Assembly: GCA_963806225.1 (NCBI GenBank)
Contig: CAWDXG010000001.1
Coordinates: 1,952,001-2,016,000, forward strand
Origin: an uncultured delta proteobacterium
Lineage (GTDB): Bacteria > Myxococcota_A > Polyangia > Polyangiales > Polyangiaceae
Length of the DNA stretch: 64,000 nt
Reading direction: 5' to 3'
Made by a program: the position numbers and the translations under genes. Shown piece after piece: positions 29,588 through 38,829 of the stretch; position 1 is the first letter of the stretch, and every line of letters begins with the position of its first letter. The notes beneath the pieces are model-generated. The model saw nothing but the letters and a program-made list of their open reading frames with translations, was not told the origin of the DNA and ran no database searches.

Positions 29588-31744
29588 CTAGCCGTTGGCC
29601 TTCGCGTCTTCTTCGTCGAGCAGCTTCTCGATGCTCTGGATGCCGTTGAGGATGGCTTCATTGACCATCGAGACGATCGTCGGCAGCGAGCCCTTCAGCG
29701 CCTCGTAGTAGCGCTGGCGCTCCGTCGAGTGGATGATCGCGGGCGGATAACCGGCGCGCAGCAGCATGACGTTCATGAGCAGGCGCGCGACCTTCCCGCT
29801 GTCGCTGGCGAAGGGGAACACGCGCAGGAGGTCGTAGTGGACCCGGGCGGCGATCCGCACGGGGTTCTTGATCTTCTTCGGCTCGGGCCCGTTGAGCCAG
29901 TCGATCACCTGTCGCACGCGGTAGGCGATCTTGTCGGGCGGCGCGTACTCGTGGAAGTACAGGCGGTGCTGCGGGATGTCCTTCCTGTACTTCACGCTCT
30001 TGAGGTCGCCCTCTTCGGGATGCAGCGTGAGGTAGATGCGCTTGATGATGTCGATATTGATCGGCACGCGCTTCTTGTCGCCGAGCTCGCGGACCAGATC
30101 GAGCGCCGCCTTGTGGCGCCGGATCTCCTCGCACACCGGTTGCAGGCTCGAGTCCGGCACGACCGTGATGTTCGGGTCGATGGCCGTCTTCAGCTCCTGG
30201 AAGGTGTACACGACGCCTTCGAGCGCACTGTCATGGTAGATCCACGACATGTCGAAGCTCTCGGCGTACTGGCGCCGGAAGCTATCGTCCGTGCCCTCGA
30301 GCCGCTTGACGATCAGCGTGTAGCGATCCTCGATGCGGTCGGGCTTCGGCGTGGCCGGCGGTTGCGGAACCGGCGCACGGTGAGGAGGGATCTCCGTCGC
30401 GGGCGGCAGAGGCGGCGGCGGTGCCACCTGTCCACCGTCCGGTGGATGGAGGTTGGCGAACCTGCTCGGCAACTGTCCTTCGATAGTGCGACGCGTGGTG
30501 CCTGACTGGTTGGGGATGGCATCCGGGCGGTAGACGCGGGTCGTCGTGCCGCGTCCGACGCCGGCGACGCGCTGTGCACGGCGCGTCGCGCGCGCGACCC
30601 GACCTTCGAGCGCCCGGCGGGCGGCCTCGCGCTCGGCGCGGACCTTCTCGCGCTCGGCTTCCTTGGCCTTGCGGTACGCCTCGCGCTCGGCCTGGATGCG
30701 CGCTCGTTCTTCTTCCTTGAGGCGGCGGGCCTCCTCGCGGGCGGCGTCACGCTCGGCCTGGATGCGCGCTCGTTCTTCTTCCTTGAGGCGGCGGGCCTCT
30801 TCGCGGGCGGCTTCGCGCTCGGCCTGGAGCCGGGCGCGCTCTTCCTCGCGAGCTTTGCGTGCGGCCTCCTTCTCGGCCGCCTTGCGAGCGCGTTCGCGTT
30901 GGCGCTCCTTCTCGCGTTCTTTGCGAGCCTTTTCGCGTTCCTTCTCGCGCTGGGCGCGTTCGCGCTGCTTCTCGCGGTCGGCCCGCGCCTTTTCCTTCTC
31001 GCGTTCTTTGCGAGCCTTTTCGCGTTCCTTCTCACGCTGGGCGCGCTCGCGCTCGCGTTCCTTCTCACGCTGGGCGCGCTCGCGCTCCTTGCGAGCCTTT
31101 TCGCGTTCCTTCTCGCGTTCTTTGCGAGCCTTTTCGCGCTCCTTCTCCTGCTGGGCGCGCTCGCGTTCTTTGCGAGCCTTTTCGCGTTCCTTCTCGCGCT
31201 GGGCGCGTTCGCGCTGCTTCTCGCGGCGCGCTTTGTCGCGTTCCTTCTCGCGTGCGCGCTGCGCCTTCTCCCGTTCGCGCTTGACCTGTGCCGCGGTCTT
31301 CTTGACGCGCTTGGGCGCCTTCTTCGACGAGCGCGCCGCCGTCTTGCGCGTGCGCTGTGTGCCGCGGGTGGACCGGGCGCTCTTGCGCTTGGCCGTCGCT
31401 CCACGGCTGCTGGCGCGCGTGGTCTTCTTCTTCGCAGCGGCGCGCGCGGTCTTTTTCTTCGCAGCGGCGCGCGCGGTCTTTTTCTTCGCAGCGGCGCGCG
31501 CGGTCTTTTTCTTCGCAGCGGCGCGCGTGGTCTTCTTCTTCGCGGCAGCCCGCGTGGTCTTCTTCTTCGCGGCAGCGCGGCCCTTGCTGGTGCTTGTCCT
31601 GGACGTCGTTCCGCGGCGGCTCGACTTCTTTCCGGAGCGCTTCGGCTTCGCGGAGCTCTTGCTCGAGCGTTTCGCGGCCTTGGTCCCGGTCCGACGAGCG
31701 CTAGTGCGCTTTTTGGATGGCTTCTTCTTGTTTCGGGCCGGCAT
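29588..31744 (-). CDS. Fic-family protein with a degenerate catalytic motif and a long basic/charged N-terminal extension
   Basis: C-terminal WIYHDSALEG...HYDLLRVFPFASDSGKVARLLMN...GYPPAII. The N-terminus is K/R/A-rich, followed by E/R/K repeats. Confidence 0.8.
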   Translation of the reverse strand: MPARNKKKPSKKRTSARRTGTKAAKRSSKSSAKPKRSGKKSSRRGTTSRTSTSKGRAAAKKKTTRAAAKKKTTRAAAKKKTARAAAKKKTARAAAKKKTARAAAKKKTTRASSRGATAKRKSARSTRGTQRTRKTAARSSKKAPKRVKKTAAQVKREREKAQRAREKERDKARREKQRERAQREKEREKARKERERAQQEKEREKARKEREKEREKARKERERAQREKERERERAQREKEREKARKEREKEKARADREKQRERAQREKEREKARKEREKERQRERARKAAEKEAARKAREEERARLQAEREAAREEARRLKEEERARIQAERDAAREEARRLKEEERARIQAEREAYRKAKEAEREKVRAEREAARRALEGRVARATRRAQRVAGVGRGTTTRVYRPDAIPNQSGTTRRTIEGQLPSRFANLHPPDGGQVAPPPPLPPATEIPPHRAPVPQPPATPKPDRIEDRYTLIVKRLEGTDDSFRRQYAESFDMSWIYHDSALEGVVYTFQELKTAIDPNITVVPDSSLQPVCEEIRRHKAALDLVRELGDKKRVPINIDIIKRIYLTLHPEEGDLKSVKYRKDIPQHRLYFHEYAPPDKIAYRVRQVIDWLNGPEPKKIKNPVRIAARVHYDLLRVFPFASDSGKVARLLMNVMLLRAGYPPAIIHSTERQRYYEALKGSLPTIVSMVNEAILNGIQSIEKLLDEEDAKANG
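31415..31579 (-). repeat. In-frame 27-bp tandem repeat, 6 copies, encoding RAAAKKKT(T/A)
   Basis: gcgcg(c/t)ggtctt(t/c)ttcttcgc(a/g)gc(g/a)gc-type unit on the + strand; the translation shows 6 units. Confidence 0.9.
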
Positions 31745-31977
31745 CAGCGTTGACCAGGGAGAGCGGCCGCACCCGGACCCCAGACTGGCGGCGGGCCAAC
31801 GGGCCGAATACCTCGACACGAGGTGCAGGGTTCTGCCCCCGTCGGAGGAGAAATGGGACCGCAGTCCCGAAATTGCCCCCGGAAGCTAGTCGGGTGGCAC
31901 GTACCCCGTCAAGCAGCGTGTTGCGCTCCCGCACCTTGGGCGGTCCCCACCGCGCGCGGCCTCCGGCGGCGCCCGGT

Positions 31978-32775
31978 TCAGCTGAAGAAATCGGGGAATA
32001 TCTCGCTGTTTTCCAGGGGTTCCGAGCGCGCTGTCAGGACCTCGCAGCCACTGTCCGTCACCAGTATGGTGTGCTCGAACTGGGCGGACAGGGAACCGTC
32101 AGCGGTCACGGCGGTCCAGTCGTCGTCCAGAATCGTCACTTCCCAGTCGCCCCCGTTGATCATCGGCTCGATCGTGAACGTCATTCCGGGGCGGAGCCGG
32201 ATCCCGCGGCCGCGGGTGCCGACGTGGCTGACCTTCGGCTCGTCGTGGAACACCCGGCCGATTCCGTGGCCGACGAAATCGCGCACCACCGAGCAGCCCT
32301 GCGCTTCAGCGAATTCCTGGATGGCGGCTCCGATGTCGCCGAGCCGAGCGCCTGGCCGCACCTCGGCGATGCCGAGCTCGAGGCTGCGCCGCGACACTTC
32401 CGTGACCAGCTTGGCTTCCTCGTTTGGCGTGCCGACGTAGAACGTCGCGGACGTGTCGCCGTGGAAGCCGTTGTAGATGTGTGTGACATCCACGTTGATG
32501 ATGTCGCCGTCCTCGAGCGTGCGGGGCCCGGGGATGCCGTGGCAGACGACCTCGTTGATCGAGGTGCACACGCTCTTGGGATACCCCTTGTAGTCCAGCG
32601 GTGCGGGGATCGCGCCCTGGGCGAGCGTGTCCTGGTGCACGAACTCGTTGATTTCCTCGGTGGTGATCCCGGGGCGGATGATCCCTCCCACGCGCACCAG
32701 CGTGTCGGCTGCGAGCCTACACGCATCGCGCATTGCCCGGATCTCGCGTGGCGTCTTGATTTCAACGGAGGACAT
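31978..32775 (-). CDS. map: Methionine aminopeptidase, type I
   Basis: GYPKSVCTSINEVVCHGIP, GDIINVDVT, GHGIG, FTIEPMIN, SAQFEHT. Confidence 0.97.
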   Translation of the reverse strand: MSSVEIKTPREIRAMRDACRLAADTLVRVGGIIRPGITTEEINEFVHQDTLAQGAIPAPLDYKGYPKSVCTSINEVVCHGIPGPRTLEDGDIINVDVTHIYNGFHGDTSATFYVGTPNEEAKLVTEVSRRSLELGIAEVRPGARLGDIGAAIQEFAEAQGCSVVRDFVGHGIGRVFHDEPKVSHVGTRGRGIRLRPGMTFTIEPMINGGDWEVTILDDDWTAVTADGSLSAQFEHTILVTDSGCEVLTARSEPLENSEIFPDFFS

Positions 32776-32805
32776 CTGGAAACGCATTGACCGCATGACG
32801 TTCGT

Positions 32806-33393
32806 TCATCTGCTGAAACCGCCGACGAGCCGTGCCCGTTCGACAGCAGCGCGCAACTCGGGTGTGTCGGCTTCGGCGCGCCAGTGGAGAGTAGCCCGAC
32901 CTTGTTCGTTATAGCGACGGAAGAACAGGATGAACTCCTTGCCGACCAGAGTCGAGTCCGCCGAGCGTACGAAAGCGTACGACGGGTTGGTGGGCGTGAT
33001 CTCGACGTCGATGGGCTGCCCGGGGGCGCGGCCCGCGAGCGGCGCAGCCGCGGGCACGAGCACCAGCGTGTAGGCCGGGTTGTCGCCGGCCGAGTCACTG
33101 CTGATGGTGGAGATCTTCACGGGCAGCACCGACTCGGCCTGCTCCGTCCAGCTGGGCAGTGCCGGATCGCCGGCCGCGTTGTTGCCCGTCAGCGTGGCTC
33201 CGAAGATCTCGGGCGCGATGCTGTCGTCGAACAGGGCCGCGGCCTGGGGGCCATAGGGCGGCAGCTGCTGGGCAGCCGGCGCCACTTCCGGCCGGTTGGG
33301 CGGTCCGCAGGCGCTCGTCGGGAGTGCCAGGCACGCCAGCAGGGCGGCTGTCAGGAGCGGCCGGGGAGAGCGCTTGGGGGCTGGGGAATCCAA
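32806..33393 (-). CDS. Hypothetical lipoprotein
   Basis: Hydrophobic signal ending TSAC; co-oriented with map. Confidence 0.65.
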   Translation of the reverse strand: MDSPAPKRSPRPLLTAALLACLALPTSACGPPNRPEVAPAAQQLPPYGPQAAALFDDSIAPEIFGATLTGNNAAGDPALPSWTEQAESVLPVKISTISSDSAGDNPAYTLVLVPAAAPLAGRAPGQPIDVEITPTNPSYAFVRSADSTLVGKEFILFFRRYNEQGRATLHWRAEADTPELRAAVERARLVGGFSR

Positions 33394-33680
33394 CGTTGTT
33401 CTCTAGATAGCCATCCGGGTCGGTCGCGTCGAGGTCACATGACGCAGCGCGCTGTTACCGCGAGCGCCGGCTGCGGCATGGGGAAAAGCAGGGCCTACGG
33501 GACCGGTCCGGGAAATCCGGTGGGGATTCCGGCCAAGTTGCTCCATAGTTCCGCGGCGTCAAACGTCTAATGCAGGCACCCCCACCCCGCGTGGGCGTGC
33601 CTTGAGCCGCGGTCGACTGCAATGCTAGCGTCCCGGCGCCCGCAGATCGAAACGACTGTCAAGGATTTCGGGAGGATACA

Positions 33681-34559
33681 ATGAAGTTCAGCGTCGTCGT
33701 GACACTTACCGCCTTCGGTCTCGTCGCAGCTCCCCTGGCGGCCACGACGGCGAGCGCCGCACCGGCGTCGTCGTCCGTCCTGGCCCGCTACGGTCACGCG
33801 AGGCATTCCCACAAGGCCAAGGCGGCAGGCGAACCCGGGCGTCTCAAGAAGCACATTGCCGTCGCGCCGCGAGGTCTGCGCTGGGGCATGAGCAACGAGC
33901 AGATCGCCCGGCTCTACGACAAGATCTTCGATAAGGAGTTCGTGCCGCTCTACAAGAAAGTGGAGCCCGGGCCGCGGATGACGGCACTCGACGTCGAGCT
34001 CAAGAACAAGAAGGCGATCCTGCGTCGCAGCTTGATCGGGTTCAACGACACGCCGACCGGTCTCGATCAGTCGCCGCTCGCCGGCGAGTTCACCTACGGC
34101 AATCACGAGAGCATGAGCCGCGTCACGCTGCGCAGCGGGACCGCGCGCCACTTCTTTTTCTTCTCGGATCGCCTCTGGAAGATCTACGACGAGCACAAGC
34201 TGCGCAAGGGCGGCCCGCTCGGCGACAGCTACAAGGAAGCGGTGGCGATCCTGACCAAGAAATTCGGCGTGGCGCCGAAGATGATCCCCGCCGACTTCAG
34301 CAAGCACCAGTACTACGACGAGGCGATCTGGTTCGACAACAGCACGCTGATCCGCGCAGTGAACCGTGAGGCGCAGCACGTCCTGGCGATGGTGTACGAG
34401 GACAAGAACGTCGCCGACGGTCTCGCGCGCTACCGCACGCACAAGAAGAAGAACCCGAACTCGATCGACAGTTCGGTGTTGGCCGTGACCAAGCCGGCGA
34501 CTCCGCCCCCCGACGACAAGGCCAAGGACAGCAAGAAGAAGCGCCGGCGCGGGCACTAG
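33681..34559 (+). CDS. Secreted hypothetical protein
   Basis: GGAGG upstream of the ATG; signal peptide ending TASA; typical codon usage. Confidence 0.75.
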   Translation: MKFSVVVTLTAFGLVAAPLAATTASAAPASSSVLARYGHARHSHKAKAAGEPGRLKKHIAVAPRGLRWGMSNEQIARLYDKIFDKEFVPLYKKVEPGPRMTALDVELKNKKAILRRSLIGFNDTPTGLDQSPLAGEFTYGNHESMSRVTLRSGTARHFFFFSDRLWKIYDEHKLRKGGPLGDSYKEAVAILTKKFGVAPKMIPADFSKHQYYDEAIWFDNSTLIRAVNREAQHVLAMVYEDKNVADGLARYRTHKKKNPNSIDSSVLAVTKPATPPPDDKAKDSKKKRRRGH

Positions 34560-34576
34560 GCCGCACGTCGCGACTC

Positions 34577-34600
34577 GAGGCCCGCCTGCCGGCGGGCCTC
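34577..34600. terminator. Hairpin between convergent genes (possible bidirectional terminator)
   Basis: gaggcccgcc-tgcc-ggcgggcctc, a perfect 10-bp stem; no strong U-tract. Confidence 0.5.
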
Positions 34601-34868
34601 AGTCTTCTATCTTCTCCGCTCCCTCCGGAACGATGGCACCCGAGGTGACCTTGACCTGGGCGCCTGGCGCCACCGCCAGGATTGCCGGCTCGATGACCCG
34701 GCGCTTGGCGAGCGTGTTGCCCGGGCAGCCCGAAAAGCGGCCCGCCAGGTGCAGCTCGACCGCGTCGTCCTCGGCCCGGACCAGGTACACATCCCCCCCA
34801 TCGGCCCGCACCAGCGGGGCCAGGATGTCATGGACCACCCGGAGGATCTCGTCGCGAGGGGAGGGCAT
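34599..34868 (-). CDS. NifU C-terminal domain protein
   Basis: [13 protein letters not shown]...[10 protein letters not shown]; the first Cys of the usual CxxC is replaced by Phe. Confidence 0.8.
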   Translation of the reverse strand: MPSPRDEILRVVHDILAPLVRADGGDVYLVRAEDDAVELHLAGRFSGCPGNTLAKRRVIEPAILAVAPGAQVKVTSGAIVPEGAEKIED

Positions 34869-35035
34869 CCGGGCCCGAAGGTAGCACGCCGCTTGACCGG
34901 ACCGCGAGGCTTCCTCTAGTTTCCCGGGCCCCCCCGCCCCCCGGACCGGGCAGAGGGCTTTTCTGGCGCCGGCTGTGGCCGGTGCTAGCTTTTGTCTGGT
35001 CCGGGCCAAAGCGTCCCACGGATCGAGGAAATTTA

Positions 35036-35296
35036 ATGGCCGTTCACATCCGCCTTGCCCGCCACGGCTCGAAGAAGACCCCTTTCTACCGCATCGTCGT
35101 GACCGATCAGCGCAACCCGCGCGACGGCCGCTTCATCGAGAACGTCGGCGTGTACGATCCCGCGTCGGACCCCGCGAAGCTCGAGCTCGACCGCGAGCGG
35201 CTCGAGTACTGGCAGAAGCAGGGTGCCCGTACCTCCCACACTGTCGAGCGCCTGCTGAAGAAGAACGCGGCGCCGGCGACCGAAGCTTCTGGCTGA
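35036..35296 (+). CDS. rpsP: 30S ribosomal protein S16
   Basis: [42 protein letters not shown]. Confidence 0.98.
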   Translation: MAVHIRLARHGSKKTPFYRIVVTDQRNPRDGRFIENVGVYDPASDPAKLELDRERLEYWQKQGARTSHTVERLLKKNAAPATEASG

Positions 35297-35407
35297 CCTG
35301 GAGCCGGCAGTCCAGAGCTCCTGCGTGCCCCCCGGACTTTCATTCCACGATTCCCCGCAGCATTTCCGGGCGCGAGATGCGCCAGCGACTCTGGAGTTCT
35401 GTCACCC

Positions 35408-35644
35408 ATGGCACTCAAGGAACTGATTTCCACCATCGCCCAGGCTCTTGTTGACGATCCCGACAGCGTCGAAGTCACCGAGATCGAAGGCGATCACAAT
35501 TCGTTGATCGAGCTGAAGGTCGCCAAGAACGACATCGGCAAGGTCATCGGCAAGGACGGGCGCACGGCACAGTCGATGCGCACGATCCTCACAGCGGCGT
35601 CGACCAAGCTCGGACGGCGCGCGCATCTCGACATCGTGGATTGA
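35408..35644 (+). CDS. khpA: KH-domain RNA-binding protein
   Basis: LVDDPDSVEV...DIGKVIGKDGRTAQSMR; canonical position after rpsP. Confidence 0.93.
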   Translation: MALKELISTIAQALVDDPDSVEVTEIEGDHNSLIELKVAKNDIGKVIGKDGRTAQSMRTILTAASTKLGRRAHLDIVD

Positions 35645-36177
35645 CGCCTCCGGTCACCGCGCGCCAGCCGCCGAAGGTCGTCGAGGTCGGCGGCGTGGTG
35701 AAGCCGCATGGAGTGCGCGGCGAGCTGAAGGTCCGCCCGCACTTTGCGGGTAGCGACAGCCTGCTCTCGATCGACGAGGTGTGGCTCGCTTCCGGAGCGG
35801 CGGAGCCGCGGCCCTTCCGCGTTGTGTCGGCCCGCCGTGCAAACCGCTTCGTGCTGCTCGGGCTCGAAGGCGTCGAGGACATGGACGCCGCGGATGAGCT
35901 GCGTGGCGCGCGAGTGCTGGTCCCGCGCGACCAGCTGCCCGAACCCGGCGAGGACGAATTCTACCTGTCCGATCTGGTCGGGGCCCGGGTGGAAGCGCCG
36001 TCGGGCGAGGTCGGCACGGTCGTGGAGGTGCGCGTGCATCCGAGCGTCGATTCGCTGGTGATCCAGAGGCAGGACGGCACGCTCGTCGAGCAGCCGCTCG
36101 TCGAGCCGTGGATCGAGAGCGTCGACGTCGAGGAAGCCTGCGTGCGCCTCTCCACGACCGACGGCTTGATTGTCTGA
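35641..36177 (+). CDS. rimM: 16S rRNA processing protein RimM
   Basis: KPHGVRGELKV, EDEFYLSDLVG; operon context. Confidence 0.93.
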   Translation: MTPPVTARQPPKVVEVGGVVKPHGVRGELKVRPHFAGSDSLLSIDEVWLASGAAEPRPFRVVSARRANRFVLLGLEGVEDMDAADELRGARVLVPRDQLPEPGEDEFYLSDLVGARVEAPSGEVGTVVEVRVHPSVDSLVIQRQDGTLVEQPLVEPWIESVDVEEACVRLSTTDGLIV

Positions 36178-36189
36178 TACACGGGGACC

Positions 36190-36891
36190 GTGCACGTCGG
36201 CGTCGTCACACTGTTTCCGGAGCTGTTCGGAGCGTTCCTCGAGACGAGCTTCGTCAAGCGCGCGATCGCGGGCGGCCAGCTCGGGGTGGAGCTCGAGCCG
36301 CTCCGGCAGCACGGCCTCGGCCGCCACCTGAGCGTGGACGACACGCCGTATGGCGGCGGCTCCGGCATGGTGCTCCGGGTCGACTGCGTCGTCGCCGCTC
36401 TCGAAGCGGTTGAAGCGAAGCTGGGGGCGCGGTCGCACCGCGTGCTCCTCACGCCGCAGGGCCGGCGCTTCGACCAGGAGCTCGCACGCGATCTCGCCGC
36501 CCGGGCGCACGTGTCGTTCGTGTGCGGCCGCTATGAGGGCTTCGACGAACGTGTCCGCGGCTTCGTGGAGCAGGAGATCTCGCTCGGTGACTTCGTCCTC
36601 ACCGGAGGCGAAGTGCCCGCCATGGCGATCATCGAGGCGTGTGTGCGCCTGCTGCCGGGTGTGCTCGGCAACGAGGCTTCGCCGCGTGAGGAGTCTTTCA
36701 GCCCGCACTGCGACGGCCTGCTCGAGTACCCGCAGTACACGCGACCGGCGAGCTACCGCGGCCTCGGCGTGCCCGAGGTGCTGGTGAGCGGCGACCACGG
36801 CCGCATCGCCGAGTGGCGGCTCGCGAAGTCCCGCGAGCGCACCCAGGAGCGCCGGCCCGATCTGTCGAGCGAGGGGAAGGACGACCGATGA
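36190..36891 (+). CDS. trmD: tRNA (guanine-N1)-methyltransferase
   Basis: VDDTPYGGGSGM, CGRYEGFDER, SLGDFVLTGGE, LEYPQYTRP. Confidence 0.97.
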   Translation: MHVGVVTLFPELFGAFLETSFVKRAIAGGQLGVELEPLRQHGLGRHLSVDDTPYGGGSGMVLRVDCVVAALEAVEAKLGARSHRVLLTPQGRRFDQELARDLAARAHVSFVCGRYEGFDERVRGFVEQEISLGDFVLTGGEVPAMAIIEACVRLLPGVLGNEASPREESFSPHCDGLLEYPQYTRPASYRGLGVPEVLVSGDHGRIAEWRLAKSRERTQERRPDLSSEGKDDR

Positions 36892-37466
36892 GGCGCGTCG
36901 CCGCCGCGCTCATCCACCATCCGGTGCTCGATCGACAGGGCGACGTGGTGACGACCGCCATCACCAATCTCGACCTGCACGATATCGCGCGCAGCGCCCA
37001 CACCTACGGTCTCGGCGGGCTGTTCGTCGCGCATCCCGTGGCGGCGCAGCGGGAGCTCGCCCTGCGCATCCGCGAGCACTGGATCAGCGGTTCCGGCGCG
37101 CGGCGCATCCCCGACCGCTCACCGCCTATGCGCGCGATCCAGATCGTCGAGTCGCTCGACGACGCGATCGCCGCGCTGGGAGGCCGGGACGCGGTCGAGC
37201 TGTGGACCACCAGCGCGCGCGAGGCCGCCGCTCCCATGCTCGACTACCCCGCCGCGGCGGAGCAGCTACGCCGCGACGGTCCCGCCGTGCTGATCGCGTT
37301 CGGCACGGGTTGGGGCCTCGCCGACGAGGTGCTGGCCCGGGCCGACGCGCAGCTCGGTCCGATCGTGTCGCCGCGCCAGGACGGCTACAACCACCTGAGC
37401 GTGCGTGCCGCGGCCGCCATCATCTTCGACCGGCTGCTCGCGCCTACGGCACCTGGAACGGCCTGA
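36888..37466 (+). CDS. SPOUT-type SAM-dependent RNA methyltransferase (trmD-associated family)
   Basis: HHPVLDRQG...TNLDLHDIARS, FGTGWGL, YNHLSVRAAAAIIFDRL; ATGA overlap with trmD. Confidence 0.88.
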   Translation: MRRVAAALIHHPVLDRQGDVVTTAITNLDLHDIARSAHTYGLGGLFVAHPVAAQRELALRIREHWISGSGARRIPDRSPPMRAIQIVESLDDAIAALGGRDAVELWTTSAREAAAPMLDYPAAAEQLRRDGPAVLIAFGTGWGLADEVLARADAQLGPIVSPRQDGYNHLSVRAAAAIIFDRLLAPTAPGTA

Positions 37467-38565
37467 GCCCGCGCAGCGAGACGCTGGTGACGCTGTCCGC
37501 GAACACCCGTACGTCGTAGTAGCCCAGGCTGACCACTTTCGTGCCGCCCTTGCCATCGGGCATCAGCCCGTCGGCTGCCACGCGCGCGAAGCCCGGCTTC
37601 ACGTCGAGTGCCGCGTACAGTGCGGTGCGGCCGGTGCCCTGGCTCCCCAGTTTGGGCAACGGGTTGTCCTCGTCGTCGTTGAAGTAGACGAAAGCCGCGC
37701 GGGACGCGGTCACGTCCACGCTCGCGTTCTGCAGCCGCACGTTGCCGCAGTCGTGGACCTCGCCGCCGATGGCGCCGTTGCCGGGCGAGATCGGACGGCT
37801 GAATGCGGCGGCGGGGATCGTCTGGAAGTCGTCGGCTGCGAGCGCTTCCAGGTTGTGCGTATAGACCCCGTTCGAGAACTCCGGGTCGTTGTCGGTGATG
37901 TAGATGTTGTACGTGACGAGCGGCGCCCACAGGCCGGTGGAAGCGTCGCTCGTCTTGACCACGAGCTCGGTGTACATCGGCACCTTGTCGTACGTGTACG
38001 CCCGGTCCTTGCGCGGGTCGTTGCAGTTGCCCGTGTCGGTCAGGGTGACCGTGGAGTTCGGGTCCGTGCTCACGGGCGTTCCCACGAGGTCGCCCAGCTC
38101 GCCGTCGGTGGCCGGATCGCCCGTGCGCTTGACCTTGTAGACCTCGATCTTCACGCCGGCCATGTCGCAGCCATGCGCGAACGCCTGGACCAGCCCCTGC
38201 ATGGTCACCAGCTTGGGCTTGCCGCTGGGCGGCTTGGCCGGATAGCCCGCGGGGCTGAAGCAGGACACGTCCGGGGCTCCGGTGCCGGCGTACTTCTTGG
38301 TAGACGTGCTGCGCTTGAGGGTGGCGCCAATGCCGGCGCCGGGCTTGCTGACGAGCACGCAGCAGTCGTTGATCGGTCGCTGCGAGGCATGGCGACAGTC
38401 GAGCGCCGGATTGCAATTGTCGCTGCTGCAGAAGTCGCTGTTCGAGGGCGTCTGTAGCTTCGTGCAATCCGTCGACGAGCCGCCGGAGTTCGTCTTGCCG
38501 CTGGAACACCCGGCGGTGGCGGCGATGGTTGCGAAAGCCAGGAATCGACCGATAAGCTGATGCAT
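37444..38565 (-). CDS. Cys-rich hypothetical lipoprotein
   Basis: Lipobox TAGC, several Cys pairs, beta-sandwich-like C-terminus. Confidence 0.75.
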   Translation of the reverse strand: MHQLIGRFLAFATIAATAGCSSGKTNSGGSSTDCTKLQTPSNSDFCSSDNCNPALDCRHASQRPINDCCVLVSKPGAGIGATLKRSTSTKKYAGTGAPDVSCFSPAGYPAKPPSGKPKLVTMQGLVQAFAHGCDMAGVKIEVYKVKRTGDPATDGELGDLVGTPVSTDPNSTVTLTDTGNCNDPRKDRAYTYDKVPMYTELVVKTSDASTGLWAPLVTYNIYITDNDPEFSNGVYTHNLEALAADDFQTIPAAAFSRPISPGNGAIGGEVHDCGNVRLQNASVDVTASRAAFVYFNDDEDNPLPKLGSQGTGRTALYAALDVKPGFARVAADGLMPDGKGGTKVVSLGYYDVRVFADSVTSVSLRGLRPFQVP

Positions 38566-38829
38566 GCGGGGACCTCGCTCTTTTTCCGGGTGGCCAGTTG
38601 CGCGGTTGGCCGCTGGATCGTGAATCCAGCGGGCCGCAGGCTCGTCCTACAGGTCGCGCTGGGAGGCCAGCTCCCGGGAGTTTTCCACCAGACGAGAAGC
38701 TAGCTAATTTCGCTCTCTTTCGCATGGGTTTTCGCGCAGCGGCGCGGCTCTGGGGGCCGTCCACTGCTGGATATGGGCTGACAATGGTGGCAGATTCGCG
38801 GACCACCGCGCCGCATCGAGGATGAGCAG

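Noticed and set aside
30546..31889. + strand ORFs with RS-rich or hydrophobic LLAFFASLFA repeats
   Set aside because: They are antisense translations of the E/R/K repeats of the Fic protein.
33420..33660. Possible riboswitch or ncRNA in the divergent intergenic region
   Set aside because: Only an imperfect hairpin (~33508-33532) is visible, and I could not match a known riboswitch consensus by eye. An Rfam scan would settle it.
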